A stretch of 63,661 nucleotides of DNA, the filler included, from Reclinomonas americana ATCC 50394 (taxonomy: Eukaryota): NCBI GenBank assembly GCA_048213135.1. It is 5 parts of 2 records of this genome, joined end to end, with 100 filler letters (N's around TTAATTAATTAA, not from the genome) between each part and the next. Parts side by side here need not be neighbours in the genome. Positions count along the whole stretch, not along the records: positions 26,131 to 42,243 come from PS015071.1; 4 more parts are not named here. One strand, written 5' to 3'. A program made the translations under genes and the position numbers. Below are positions 26,360 to 42,174 of this stretch, piece after piece (the stretch's first letter is position 1; every line of letters starts with the position of its first letter). Under the pieces are notes generated by a model that saw only the letters and a list, made by a program, of their open reading frames with translations, made no database searches and was not told the origin of the DNA.

Positions 26360-29329
26360 TCCTCCCACCTCCCTGGGCGCACTGCGACGACCCGGCTCAC
26401 TGCCATCACTGGAGAGCGCCGACCGCGGTCAGCAGGCAGTGGAAGAGTTCCCTCCTCCACCACCCCCGCTGCGTGAGAAGCGTAATGTGCCGTCATCGTT
26501 GCGTCCCTCCCAGTGTTGTCTGAGCGAGTGAGGCGACTCATTCTCTCACAGAAACGCACCTGGGCGACCACCGACGGCACCGGGAGGCGGCCAGTCATCG
26601 TCTGTAATGTCGTCGTCGTCATCGTTGTCGTCGACGGCGATGGTGTCGTCATCATCAATGTCGTCGATGTCCAAGCAGCAGCAGTCGCAGCAGCAGCCGC
26701 CACCGCCGCACTATGATGCCACGATGGCGTCGGAGGATCGGCCACCGCGGCCCATGTCGCGTTCGTCGTCGCGGTCGTCGTCGGACTCGTCGCCAGTGGA
26801 AGGGGAGAGCGAGGCGGATGCGGCGGGTTGGGAGACGGTGCGGGCACTGCTGCCGTTGCTGAAGCCGACGCACCAGAGTCACACACTGGAGGAGGCGCTG
26901 GCCACGATTGAGAATTGTCTTGGCGATGCGGTGATTGTGCACGAGTCGCGTCGTGAGGCAGTGTTGGCGCGCGTGTATCCGCTGGCAGACCCGGCCACTC
27001 TGGAGGCCGCTGGTGACGAGGGCATGAGCAGTCCGGTGGTGTGTGCGCGTGCCGCACGCTTGCTGCTCACCATTGGCCGGCAAGCTCGCCTGCCCAAGGT
27101 CATCAAGACCGCCTGTCACGTCATGTACGTGCTGTCCAAGAAGGACCAGTTCGACGGCGTGTTTGTGCAGGAGAATTTGCTCGGTTGCGTGCCCACCAAA
27201 AAAAACGATTGTGCGTGGTGGCGCCGTGAACGGAAGCTGATTTTTCGTGCTGCCCCCGCAGGCTGTTTGATTAATGTCGTCAACCACGAGTGCAACTTGC
27301 GCGACGCCCTCGGAAGCACGTGTATGGTGTACGCTGTGGGCGCACTGAAGAATGTGACATCGGCGACGGCCGATGTGCGGCGCCAGCTGGTCGACGAGCT
27401 GTCGGTTGTCGCGTCGCTGGTCAAGCTGATGGACGGGGTGATGAGTGCGCAGCCGCACAGTGCCGACGATTTGGGTATCATCTTGGTGCAGGTGCGTTCC
27501 TCTTGTCTCGCCTCGCTTCGTGTTGTTGATATCTAATGATGCGCCAGGCCACGGGATGCTTGCGCAACTTGGCGGCTCAATCATCGAGCTTGACGCAGTT
27601 TGCGCGTGGTGGTGTGGTGAATGTGCTGCAAAAAGTGATGCACTCGTACGCCGACCGGACGGAACTCATGTTGAATGTGTCGAGAATATTGAGGTTCGTA
27701 TCTATCCGAGCTATTGGGTGGGGGAGTGCCTGTCTCATCACACTCACTGCCTCCCTCGTTGCACCCATCACAGCAAGGTGTCGTTGCACGAGACGTGTGG
27801 TGCGCAGTTGGACGGCACTGCCGAGCAGTGCGCGCCACGAGAGGTGGTGGCCGACATGGTGCAGTGTGTGTGGATGCAAGTGAGTGCCTCGCCTTTATTC
27901 CCCTTTCCCTCCCTCCTGTACTGATTGCTGGCAGCGGCGAGCCACGGCGATTGTGGAACGCATGTGCTTTGCGCTGTCGAATCTCACGACGTCGATGACG
28001 GCACCCGAGCACCACTCCAACCGGCTCGGCATTGCGCACGCCCTGTGTCACGACCAGAGTGGCGAATTCAAGACCGGCACGGAGGCACTGCTGCAGATTC
28101 TGGAGGAGCTGGCCGTGGACCCGAAGGGCAATGCTGCCGCGCTGGTCAAGGTTGTGCGTGTGATTGCCAACATTTCCACGGACGAGGCCACTGGCTGCTT
28201 GATGGTCGAGAGCCCACAAGTGGTGCTCCTCGTCAACATTCTTCGTTGCGTCTCACTTCCATGACGCGTGACTGAGAGTTGTTGCGTTGCTGACGGAATA
28301 CACGCAAAGGCGATGTGACAGCGCTGGACGCGGAGGAGCTCGTGCTGAATGTGGCGTCCCTCGTGCACAACTTGACCTACTACGCCGACTCGCCGAGCCA
28401 TGCACTGCTGCCGCACTCACAGGCTCTCATTTCGAGTTGCGTGGGGCCTCCATGAACATCGATTTTCTCACCTCCGATATTTTGCTGACGGTCACTTTTT
28501 TGTCGTGTGAACACAGCCCTGGCACCTTATCTGCTGCACGACAATCCGGAGCTGGTGCTGGAGAGCGTGCGCGCCATTGGCAATCTGGTGCGCTGCGGAG
28601 CCATGCACGAGTCGGCCGGCATTGTGACTGGTCCCGACAGTCTCGGCTGCTGTCATCATGCCGTTGCGTCGAGACACCGCTATGAGCGGTGATGTGTGTT
28701 GTTTTTGACACTCACTCACACTCTCCGCCGCAGATTTCGTGCAACGTGCACCACATGGCGTCGGTGCTGCTCGACCACTCCGAGCGCGAGCTGGCATTCG
28801 CAGCGTCGGGTCTGCTCTGCAACGTGACGGCGTGCGTGTCGCCGTCGGACAGCACGTCGGCTGGCGACATTGTTCAATACCTCGGTCGCTCGAGTGGTGG
28901 CCCGAAGCTGTGCGATCTCATTGAGCTGTCGGTCACCAGCCGCGACCTGCAGCTACTGTCGGGTGCGCTAAAAGCGCTGTACAACATTTGTTTCGCGGTG
29001 GACCCGCAAGGTGTCGCCGGCATGCTGCGGCTGTACGACGAGCTGCACATGGATCACTTGGCGAACATTCTCGGCGACGCACTTGCCTTTGCCACGGGTG
29101 CGCATTCTCCACACCACTCCTGCTCGAGTAGAAGTAGTGCTCACACCATGCATGCCGCAGAATGCATTCGAGGATCGGGCGACGATGCGCTGGATGCCGC
29201 CGAGTGTCTGGAAGTCGGAGGCAATCTGCGCCGACTTGCTGTGCAATTGCACGAGGAGATGGCCTCGCGTCCCGTATCCGAGAGACCCAGTAGCAGTAGT
29301 ACGAGCCATCTGGACCTCGAGGCCATTTG
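26360..29329 (+). CDS. ARMC2: ARMC2-like armadillo-repeat protein, 5' truncated at contig start
   Basis: Motifs recognised from memory as ARMC2-like: YVLSKKDQFDGVF, YAVGALKNV, LVQ|ATGCLRNL, ELMLNVSRIL|SKVS, RMCFALSNLT, LVKVVRVIANIS, EELVLNV, ESVRAIGNL, LLDHSERELAFAASGLLCNV. Confidence 0.75.
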
Positions 29330-29616
29330 AGAGTCATAAACGAGAGATGAGAAAGGCTGACATCGATACCGGACATGAGTCACTAATCAGCAGTTTTCAA
29401 CAAGGAGAGACAGAGAGGGTGCAATCGCTGTGCTTGTGCTTGCACACACACACACACGCCCACAGTGTGAGTGAGCAATGGGCTCCACAGCCTCCGCATC
29501 AGCGCGGGAAAAGGCGGAGAGAAAGCGCAGGAAACTCGCGCTGGAGACATCTGGTGAGTGAGTGAGAGAGAGAGAGANNNNNNNNNNNNNNNNNNNNGAG
29601 AGAGAGAGAGAGAAGT

Positions 29617-29900
29617 AGGATCATTCTTCAACACTTGTGAACAGAGTACGTGGGCGGCTGTTCACGCGGCACTGTTGTAGCTTCTGTTGTGAGGGATGGG
29701 GAAGCATAGAGGATGTGGTGACCTCTGTAATCGAGGAGTGAGCAGAGAACAGAGGCAGCTGCTCGCGACTCTTGGATCCTGAGTTGCGAAAGAGAAAGGG
29801 AGGAAAGCAGGATCATCCTTCGCTTGTGGAGTACATGGGCGGCTGTTCTGTTGTTACGACCTCTGTAATCGAGGAGTGAGACTATGATGAGCAGAGAACA
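29617..29900. repeat. Degenerate local duplication (probably intronic)
   Basis: aggatcat..cttc...gagtac(g/a)tgggcggctgttc twice and gacctctgtaatcgaggagtgag twice. Confidence 0.7.
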
Positions 29901-30090
29901 AATGCAGCTATTCTTGTGCCGCTAGTACAGCTTGTGTTGTGAGAGATGGAAACAACGAGCAGTGAGACAACAGAAATCACAGAACAGGGACAGGCGCACT
30001 CATTCAGAGAGAGAGAGAGAGGACGGAGCAGAGCCACAGGAGCAGCTGTTCCCATTCGCCCTTTTTTTGACTTGTTTTGCTGCTGGTCAG

Positions 30091-33000
30091 TTGCTGTGGG
30101 CGTGCATTGAGGACAGCGCTGCGTGGATTGCCGTGCGTGTCTTGTCGGCGCCGTGGGCCTCGCAGATCCACTTGGCCAACTGCCTCGGGCACATGTCGCG
30201 TGAGAGTTGCGCTTGCGCAAAACTGACTTTGGCTGCTCGTCGTGTTTGCGTGAGCCGCTCAACTCTTTCATGCTCATGTGCAGCCAAGTACCACAATCGG
30301 CTGGTGGAGTGGGGGGTGTTGCATTCGGTGTGCAAGCTGCTGACATCGGAGCAGCCGTCGGTGCAGTATCATGCAGCTCGCGCCATGCGTGAGTTCGCCG
30401 CGAATGGGGAGGTGGAGGCGCACGTGGTGCGAGAGAACCCGATCCCGGCTCTGGTCGCTCTGCTGCCTCGCAATAATTCGTACGCTCGCACACGAGTGGC
30501 GAGTCTCGCCTCGTTGGGAGCACTGGCCGCCAATGGTGACATGTTGCACCAAATCATTGTCACTCGTGGCGCGCAGCTGCTGCGCGAACTGGCTGTGTTT
30601 GGCGACGACATGACACGCAGCGCGTTGCACAAGGAGTACATTCTGGAGATCTTTGCCTCGTTCACGGTTCGTCGATGCTCTATCCAGCTGTCACGCTCTC
30701 TTGTCTCCTTTCTCATCGCCCCACGCAGGTCTCCTTTGCGTCGCAATCGTTGCTGCGCAACGAGCTCTTCTTCCGCCCGGACATGCTCGACGAGCACATG
30801 AAGGAGAAGCCACTCGACAATGTCCTCTTCCTCACCAAGAGCCGCAATGTGGTGCACGTGGCCGACGCCATGTGGGCGCTGGCCAACTACATCGAGTCCG
30901 ACGCTCTACGGCCGCCCGTCCTCGGTCATCAGGGCGTGTTCGACACCCTGTTCCGCATGGCCAAGATCCCGTACCCGCAGCTGCGCTTCGAGGTGGCGCG
31001 CTGCCTGCTCGCAATGGCCTCCAATCGCGAAGACGGCTCTCAAGGTTTCCGTGCTGCCCCCTCTCCTTTTGCTCTCTCTCTCTTGGCTCACTCACCCCGC
31101 ACGTACTCCACAGCCGAGCTCATCAACCGCAAGGGACATCTGGTGGTGGCGTCGCTGGTGGCCGAAAATCAGCTGCGTCTGCCCGGCGACGACACGGCCG
31201 ATTACACCAATGAGTTTCTGGTGAATCATGCATTTGCCATTCTCACACGGCGTCGTGTGTGCGACCCGGACCCCTACAACCCACTGGATGTATCGCGAGT
31301 GGCCGATGTGATTTCGCGATCCGTGGCCACGGATGCGCTGCTGCATTTGGCGCTGGAGGAGGTTTGTGAATGCACATTATTCATGTGTACGCGTGTGCGT
31401 GCAGCACTCTTTCTAAAACTGGTGTCACAGGATTATGTTGACCTGTTCCCGGCACTGCCAAACCTGCTGCAGTCATTGGTGATGCTGATTGGCTGGGACC
31501 ACAATGTGGGTTTCATTCAGCAAAACGCACTGCAACTACTCACTCGCTTCATGTTTCGCTGTTGCGTCACTATGTAGTGCATTCTCTCTCACTTTCTCGC
31601 GCACAACTGCTCACTGGTTCAGCAGTGCACGTCGGAGACCTGAAAAAGTTGATTCGCGATTTCCTCGTCTTTGACAAACTGACAGTGGCGCTGCGGTCAC
31701 GCGAGGTCGCCGTGCAGTATCGTGCCTGTGACGCACTGGCCACGCTGCTCGAGCGCACTGGTGAGCACATTCTTGCTTGGTTGCTGCAGTAGCTGCGGTT
31801 GACTGATCTTGCGAGCAGACGTTGACGTCGAGCAGGAGCTGCAGGAGAGCCAGGTGGCACTTGCCGTGATGCGACTGCTGCGCAGCATAGAGAGCCTACG
31901 TGTGGCGGAGGAGGCGCTGCGTGCGCTGGCAGCACTTGCCGAGTACAGTTGCGAATATGAGCGTTCTATGTGACGTGATCACTTACACTCACACCCTCCC
32001 ACACTCGTAGCCTCGATCGCCAACATGGTGCCGGGCAATCGAGTTCTGGGCAACGTGATTGAGTTGGGATTTTCGGTCCGCCCGTTGGTGAAGGAGCGCG
32101 CCGCCAAGGCCATTCTGCGACTGGCCAAGGTCGGCGACGCCATGGCCGATCTGATTACCAGTGATCGACACGATGGCTTCCGACCACTGGTGTCCATGTT
32201 GCTGGGTGACGACGAACCGCTGCGCATCCTGGCCATGCGTGCGATTGGCGAGCTGACTCGCTGTTGCGTCTCTGGGAATTACTCTCTCCCTCTCTCGCTC
32301 TCGTATCGCTGACGCATTTGCTGTGGCAGACGTCACTCCGCGGCAACGCGCCGTGTCCATGGGACTGGCTGAGGTGTGCCTGGAGATTATTGTCACTGCC
32401 GAGGAGCGCTCTGACGAGCGCTCGCTGACTGGCATGGCCACCATCGCGAACCTGCTCTCCAACTGTTGCGAATATACTGCGGAATCATCTCATTTCTGGG
32501 AACATGTCAGACTCACATCATCTGCGTGCAGTGTACGTACGCCACATGGCCGTAAAGCGTGGTCTGGCTCGCCGCATGATGGAATCCCTGGCGTCGACGG
32601 TGGTCACTGTCAATTATGAGGCGCTGCGTGCACTCGGCAACTGGTTGGAGTGGCGGCCTGAAGAGGTTTGCCACTTTGACGATTCCGTCTGCTTTCACCG
32701 GTCTCTCATTCTTTTCGCCTCCACGCAGCATCGACCCGAGATGGTGGCGGCGCTCATTGCGTGTACACGACACGGATCGACGACCACAGGCGGTCCACAA
32801 GGTGGATCGCCATTCACCACTCTCTTGCCTGTGGTGCACGGAGAGATTGTGAGCGATGGTCTTGACGGCGTTGGCAGCAGTATCGGTGGTGCCGGCAGCC
32901 CCGAGTCCATCAAGTACGGAGTCAGCATGCTCTCGCCGTTGACCATGGGCAGCTTGCCCACGTCGGCCATGAGTGACGAGCATGAAGGAGACAGTCGGCA

Positions 33001-36000
33001 ACAAGGTGCACCAGCGCGCCTGGCCACCTTTACGTGGCTGTCTGTCGGGCAGGTGACATTGGTGGAGGAGGGTGCCAATGCCGCCGAAGATGGCGAGAAG
33101 CCCGTCGTCCCCAAGTCGGAAGAACCTGCATCGCCCCACTCGCCTGCGGTGAGGAAAAGAATGGTTGCGCATGTGCGTGCGCTGATGCTGGTGCTGACAT
33201 GCAGTGCCACTGGTAGGTGGAAGAGGAGCATCGCCCGAAAATGTTTGACCGACTGGTGTCCGAGGAGCGGCGTCGGCACGAATCCGGCCGCGTGGTTGCG
33301 CCGCCCACCGCCGGCAGTTTCCGCCCGCCCGGCTCTCCTGGCAGTTTGATTGCGGTGAATCCAGAGGCGAAGCGTGAGCAGCGCATCCAGGCGCAGGAGC
33401 GCTTCCGCCAACTGGCGAATCTCAGCTCACCTGCCGCGCTGGAGATGCGTCGTCGCCACGCCATGGCCGCCGGCGTGAAGCCAGGTTAGTGCGTGTTGTG
33501 TGAATTGCGAAAACCTCGCGCCGAGACTCACAAAATGCGCATGTACAGCGGATGTTTCGTTGTTGGAAGAGCAGCAGCAGCTGGCGGAGACCGTGCGTCG
33601 CACTCCGGTGCAAGCCGTGTCGCCCAGCGCCGAATTGGTCGCGGACAGCAACGCAGAACAAATGAGTGTCATTCCCGGTGCCACACGCGAGATGATGGAT
33701 CCGTTGTGCGCCCTGGATTCGTATGTCACCGAGTTGCTCACGGTGCCCGGCTACAATATGTTTGAGTGTCTGCGCACGCTGCTTGCGTCAGAGCGTGCGT
33801 CGGTGCGTGCGGAGGCCGCCCGTGTGCTCGCCAATCTGTGTCGCAGCAGTTGTGTACTGCACCCCGCACTCGTGCGTTACTATCTTTATCGTCGCTCACT
33901 CGTCGATGCAGCCGTGTGCGTGTCGGAGTTTGTGCGCGAAAATGTGCCGTCGACTCTGGTGTTTCTGCTGGAGGAGGGCGATCTGGAGCAGCGGGACTAT
34001 GCGATTGTGGCAGTCGAGAATCTGTGTCGACATGGTGCGTCGTGATGGCTGGGACTCGCTGCGTGTTGCATTGAAGTTGACTTTTTTGTGCAGCCTCGAT
34101 GGTGGAGGATCTGTGTGACTCGCCATTGTTGCATTTAATGTGTCTGCGGGCACACGATGTGGCCACGAGCATCAACAGTGGCAAGAAGTTGCAGTCGCTC
34201 TCCTCGATGGTGCTACTGAGCTTCCTCAGCGTTGTGGAGACGATGCGCACTGCCAGCGGTGAGTCTGCCTGTGCCTTGACTGTGGACGCCCAAGACTGAC
34301 AAGCAACACGTTTTCGCTAGATGTGTGTCGACGGTGCATTGTCGACGACGGTGTGCTGCAGTTCCTGCTGCCTCTGTTCCTTCGCTGTGAGGTACGTGAC
34401 CGTGGAAGGAAAGAAGACCAAAAGTCGCGCCGCGTCTCACCAGAGTCTGCAGAATCGGTTCGACCTGGAGTCTGCGTGCGCCAAGACACTGTCATGGTTG
34501 TCACTTGACGGTGCGTGTGCTTGATGGCGCTTGCTGATGATCGAGATTGCCTCACGTTTCTCTTGAACGCTGCAGACCAAGCCCGTGTCTCCTTCCTCGA
34601 CGCCGGCTTTGTCGACAACTTGATCGACTACGCCTGCCGTCTGACCGAGGCCGAGGAGCAGTGGACGTCGCAGGCGGATGAACTGCGTGCCATGGTCTCA
34701 GCTGCAGGTGCACTTCGCTCTCTGTTGCTTCGCACTGTGTTGCCGCGCACTCACGCAGCGTGCACGCGCATACACAAACAGGTGCACAAGACGTGACTGC
34801 CAAGGTCGACATGATCCGCACTCTGCGCGAGAAGATCAGCGAGGTCCACATTTCGCTGTTCAACACGCTGCAAGTTCTCAACATGTATTCCTCCTCACGT
34901 GAGTCGCCTATTAGTATGTGGTATCGTCGAGCGCGCTGTTTTTGTAACTCTCCAACTCCGCAGCCGACAACCAGCGCGTGGTCGGCCGTCTGTTGTTGAC
35001 GCCGAATTTGTTCAATCGCATCGAGAATACGAGTAGTCGTGTGTCGTACACGCAGGGTCATCAGTTCTTCTTCCGCCTGGCGTCGAATCGTTGCGTTGCT
35101 CTATTTCAGCAGCAGCAGCAGCAGCAGTGCCCTTCTTCGCTGCCGCACTGACCTGCTTGCTCTCGCAGCTGTCAATGTCGATGCGGCTCTGGAGGCCGAT
35201 GCTGTGCGGCGCATCACGTACATTGCCGTCGGTTGCCACGATGAGGAGACTCTGGATACGGCCATCAAGGCGTTTTGCAACCTGATGGAGACTGGTTCGT
35301 GCTGATTATCCCTCTCCACAGAGATGGTCCCCTGCTCATCACTCTCTACTCCATACAGCGCCGCATGAAACCGCAGCCGCACTGCTGCACGAGCAGCCGA
35401 TGATTGTGCGGTTCTTGCAAGGCTTGTCGCCGGACATGGACTTGCCGCCCATGGCCGTGGTTCTGCACATGGTGTCCCTGGTGGTTGACTTTGGTTCGTT
35501 TGGTTTGCGACGGCTTGATCCGCGTGCATTTCTGTTGATCTGATGTGCTCGTCGCCACCGCCTTGCAGACCCGTCGTGGTCGACCGAGTTATCGCAGGCG
35601 CAGATTGTGGAGAGAGCCGTGCACCTCGTGGCGGCGCTGTCGGACCTGCCAAGTGTACTGCTGTTCAGCAGCAGCTCGCAGGTGACCAAGGGCGGACCGG
35701 ACATCAAGTCACAGCTCGACGCACTGCAGCCGCCGTTTGTCGAGAGTCATGATGTTGAGTGCCAGAGCTTTGCTTGTCGATGCACTGCTGCTCATTTGGC
35801 GCGCCATCCACACAGCTCGGTGGTCCTGACGATCACTTCAAGGGCGGCACTCTGTGCAATCGCGCACACTGTGTGCGCCGTGGGCTCCAGTTTGTGCTGG
35901 CCATTTGCAACGTCTCCGCCAACAGGGAGCTTGCACAGCGTGCACTGCGCCTCGGCTCGTTGAGTCTGCTGGCGTATCTGATGCGCTCGGCTGATGTGGA

Positions 36001-39000
36001 CATTGCGCGCCGTGCCTTGGAGTGCACGCACGTGTTGATGTCGATAGGTACTTGCATTTTTTCGTCGCTTCGTCATTATTCACCTTCGTTTCTCACTCAC
36101 TCCGTGAGTGTAGAAGGACCCGCGGCCGCCGGCGAGTTTGTGGAGGTGGCTGGTGTCGACCGCCTGGTGCAGTGGCTGGACGATGTTGATATGGCCGACG
36201 AGCAGCTGGTGGTGGAGATGATGAGTGTGCTGGTACAACTGAGCGCGCATGGTATGTCTGACAAGTTGCATCTCTCGTGCGTGCTTGGCGACTCACTCGC
36301 CCGCCAACACGCAGAGCGCATTCGATTGGACTTGTGGAATGCCACGTCGCGACAGCTTGGTGTGCGACTGATGACGGTGGCGGCCACGGCACAGGTCATT
36401 CGCAACATGGCCGTGGTGCAGCTGGCTCTCCAGTCGCTCGGAAACATGTTGGAATTGAGTTGCGTGTTTTTGTACGTGCAGTGTTGTGTGATGCAGATTG
36501 GAAGACTCATTCCGTTGGCAGAGGGCGACGGCGCGGAGCTGATTGCCACGGTGCCACCGCCAAGTATGGTCGAGTACGCCGTGCGGTGCGTGCTGGAGTA
36601 CGGCTTTGCCAAGTCGGCCGCCACAGTGCTGGAGCGCCTGGGCCGCAGTGGTGCGTATGCGTGCCTTTCTGCTGTTACACGGCGGTTCTGCAAGCTCACA
36701 GTGCCTGCTGCAGTGGACTGCCACCGTGCAATGCTCGCTGGCGGTGCCGTGGAGGTGGCGGTGCAGGACTTGGCCAGTGCAGTCGATGAACTGAAAATCG
36801 CTGGCGCACACATCTTGGCCTTGCTGGCGCGCTCAGGTGCTCCTTGTTGGCTTCATCCGGCACCTATGTGACAACATTGTCACTGTCTGTGTATGTGTAG
36901 ATTGGACTCGGGAAACACTCGTGATGCGCCACCACGTGATTCGTATCGTGACCGCCAACGTGGACATGGACACCACCGGCCCGCTGCTCGATCACTCGAT
37001 GGAGCTGTTGCAGTCGCTGCTGTCCGACAGTTGCGCTCTCTTGATCTCATTCCCCCCGTCTGCGTCAATTTTCTCTCATTCCTAATGTGTGCAGGTGCGT
37101 CTCTCGAGTGTTGTGTAATCGATGGCGTGTGCCACCTGCTTCAAAGTCTGCTGCTGCACCACTCGCGAGAGGATGCGCGGAGCACCGCCAAGCGTCTGAT
37201 TGCCGATGTGTTCTGTGAAGGTGCACTCCTCCCCCTCTCTCTCAATGTCGCTCCCGTTTCTCACGCATTATTATTATCAGCCAATGTCGATGCACTGCGA
37301 CACGCCTCCACGGCCGACAACTCGGTGTCGTTCTACATGACGATCATGAGCCAGCTGTCGAATCCGGCCGCTCGTTCGTGTGTTGCATCGGTGCTGCAGC
37401 ACATGGCATGCCATTCCGCGGGTCTGTTTGCGTGTGCGTGCAATGGCTCGTGAATGGACTGTGTCTCACGCTGACTGATTGTAGACAAGTCGCCTGTTAT
37501 TGAAGCCATTCTGCGACACGGTGGCATGTCCATCCTGCTGGACAATGTGCTCCCAGACCGCCTTCACGCGAGTCTTGTGCTTCCAGTGACCAGGGTATGT
37601 GCCCACACACTCCGTATGGGAATGTGTGATGCTCATGATTCAGTGTTCCTGGTACGTTTAGTCACCGGCATCGTCAATGTCGGCCTATGCGGTGGACCCG
37701 ACGACCGCCGATGCACACCTCGTGCCATTCTGGGTGGAGCGGCAGAGTGGTCGGTTGATGTGCCTGCCGTGGGTGCGCGAGTTGTATCAGCACAATCGAG
37801 TCGGCGAGTCGTACATGGTGACGGTGCTGGAGGTGCTCGAGCGGTGCTGTGCCACTGGTGCGTCGGCGGGTCACGGCACTGAGAAGTGATGTTTCTGTTA
37901 ATATTTGTCGTCACAGAGGCCGGTCTACGCGCACTCTGTGACGAGTCGTGCACACAAGTGCTGTTGGAGACACTGGCGGCGCACGAGGTCGGTGACATTC
38001 GACGTCGCCTGCTCACCCTGGTGGCCTGGTTGTCGCACACTGGTGAGGGGGTTTCGACATTTTTCTGTGTTGTGCCACAGCAGCCTTCTCTCATTCGGGT
38101 GTGCAGACTCTCACCACGCTCTGCGCGCCGCTGTCCCTCTCCTGGCCTACAACATGGGCCACGTGGACGACGTACAGTCGGAGACGTGTCTGCTGGCCAC
38201 GCGCATTCTGTTGACGCTCAGCGCCGAGTGGGATGCGCCGACATCGGCACTCGTGTCGCCGTCGTGTCTGCGACGCGCTGTGGCCGTGCGCGACGATGCT
38301 GAATTGCAGTTTGACGCCGGCAGCCTGGCGTTGAAATGTGCACTGCTGGCTCCGTCGAGCAGCAGTGAGTGGGAAGAGTTGCTGGCGTTCTTGCGTGCCG
38401 GCGTGCCGGAAGGAGCGACTCGCGAGACGACGTACACCCTGTTGGCGTTGCGATCTGTGCTGCAGCGCTTGTCCGCACAGCGGGCGACTCACAAGGCTCG
38501 CGAATGTGCGTCCACCCCCCCCTCCCCCCCCCCCCTCGTGCCCCTCTGCGCGTGCAGTCTCAAAGCCGACTCATTCGACATGTGATTTGTGTCTGCAGAC
38601 GATGCGTGGACCCTCGGTCAGCGGCTGCGCAATGCGGTACTGCAACTGCAAGCCCGCTCGACCACTGTCGTGCCACACAGTCGCGAGTGGCACGAGAAGC
38701 GCGACGCGGTGCGCTCACTCGTTCGTCTGGTTGAATCGAAAGGTGTGCGTGCTTGTAGGGGGATGAAAGCCACTCGCTTCCTCACTGATCGGTCGTAGAC
38801 GGCTGCGAGGTGCTGGTGCAATCGCAGCTGCCGGAGATGCTCATTGCAGTTGGCCTGATGGGTGTCTCGCCGGTGCATGGTAGCTGGTTCCAGCGTCGTG
38901 CTCTGGAGGTGTTGTCGCATGTGGCGCGCCACGATGCTGGTGCGTTGGTGGCGAAAGTCACTTGCGTGTCGAATGGCGAGCTGAATCGCTCCTTTTCTTC

Positions 39001-39277
39001 CCCCCATGCAGACGCGCTGGCAGAGCGCATCTGCGCCACTGCTGCCGACGTGCAACGCTTGGCGCAGGTTGCCGATGGTGACAGCGAGGTGGCTCCGTGG
39101 GCGGCCGAGACATTGGTGGCCCTGTGGCGCAATGGTTTCGTCGCTGATTGCCGGAGCGTGTATTTACGTTTGGTGGACTCATCCTTTTCTTCTCCACAAG
39201 CAGAGTCGGTGCGCGCCAGTGTGCGCGCCTCTGTCCCCGACTACGATTGGCCGTTCTTGCAGACAGTGACAACATGA
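30091..39277 (+). CDS. Very large armadillo-repeat protein with many short introns; candidate first exon at 29478 (MGSTAS...)
   Basis: Repeated ARM-like helices (VQYHAARAMREFA, VADAMWALAN, VQYRACDALATL, VRAEAARVLANL, AIKAFCNL); the exons checked splice in frame with GT-AG; ends PFLQTVTT*. Confidence 0.8.
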
Positions 39278-39404
39278 TCACGTATGCGCCAGCCGGAGAC
39301 TCGGGCCGACGCACACATCGGCTCGTTAAATGCGTCGTCTTGAACCAGCGCACACGAAAGAGCAAGAGATAGACGCACACACTCAACAATAAATAATGAG
39401 TGTA

Positions 39405-41670
<2,266 letters not shown>

Positions 41671-42174
41671 TCTTCTCTCTCTCTCTCACTCACACAAAGA
41701 TTGCAAAGTCGAACACTGTTGTCCTGTTCGACTCGGAGTAATGCATGCTGTCCATGCATCCTTATCGTCCACTTTCCCTCCATGTCTGTGTGCCAGGTGT
41801 CAAACCATACCAACATCAACAATTCACACTAACAAACAAGCAACAGCAGTCTTGATGACCAAGTCCAACCATATCATTGCTTGAGTTCTCGTATCTTGAA
41901 TAGGGCTTTATTCTCAACATCGACAACACACTTAAAACAGTTTTAGTTGTAGAAGGAAAGCACACGAGACTTGTTGGCGACCACTGGTATGATGCTCATT
42001 GTTGTATTTGTCAGTGAAGTTTCTATTATTATTCTATCCCCAATGATTCTCTCCACTCTTTCCATCAGTTGTTCTGCTTGTCTCATCTGCCTTCCATGCC
42101 TCCTCCCTTTGCCGGTGCTAAACAATAAACCATCACATACTTCATTCACAACTACTGCTGCCCTACACACACCC

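Noticed and set aside
41849-41900. Box C/D snoRNA at the shared TGATGA motif
   Set aside because: No CTGA box D or terminal stem at a suitable distance in either copy; kept only as an unexplained motif.
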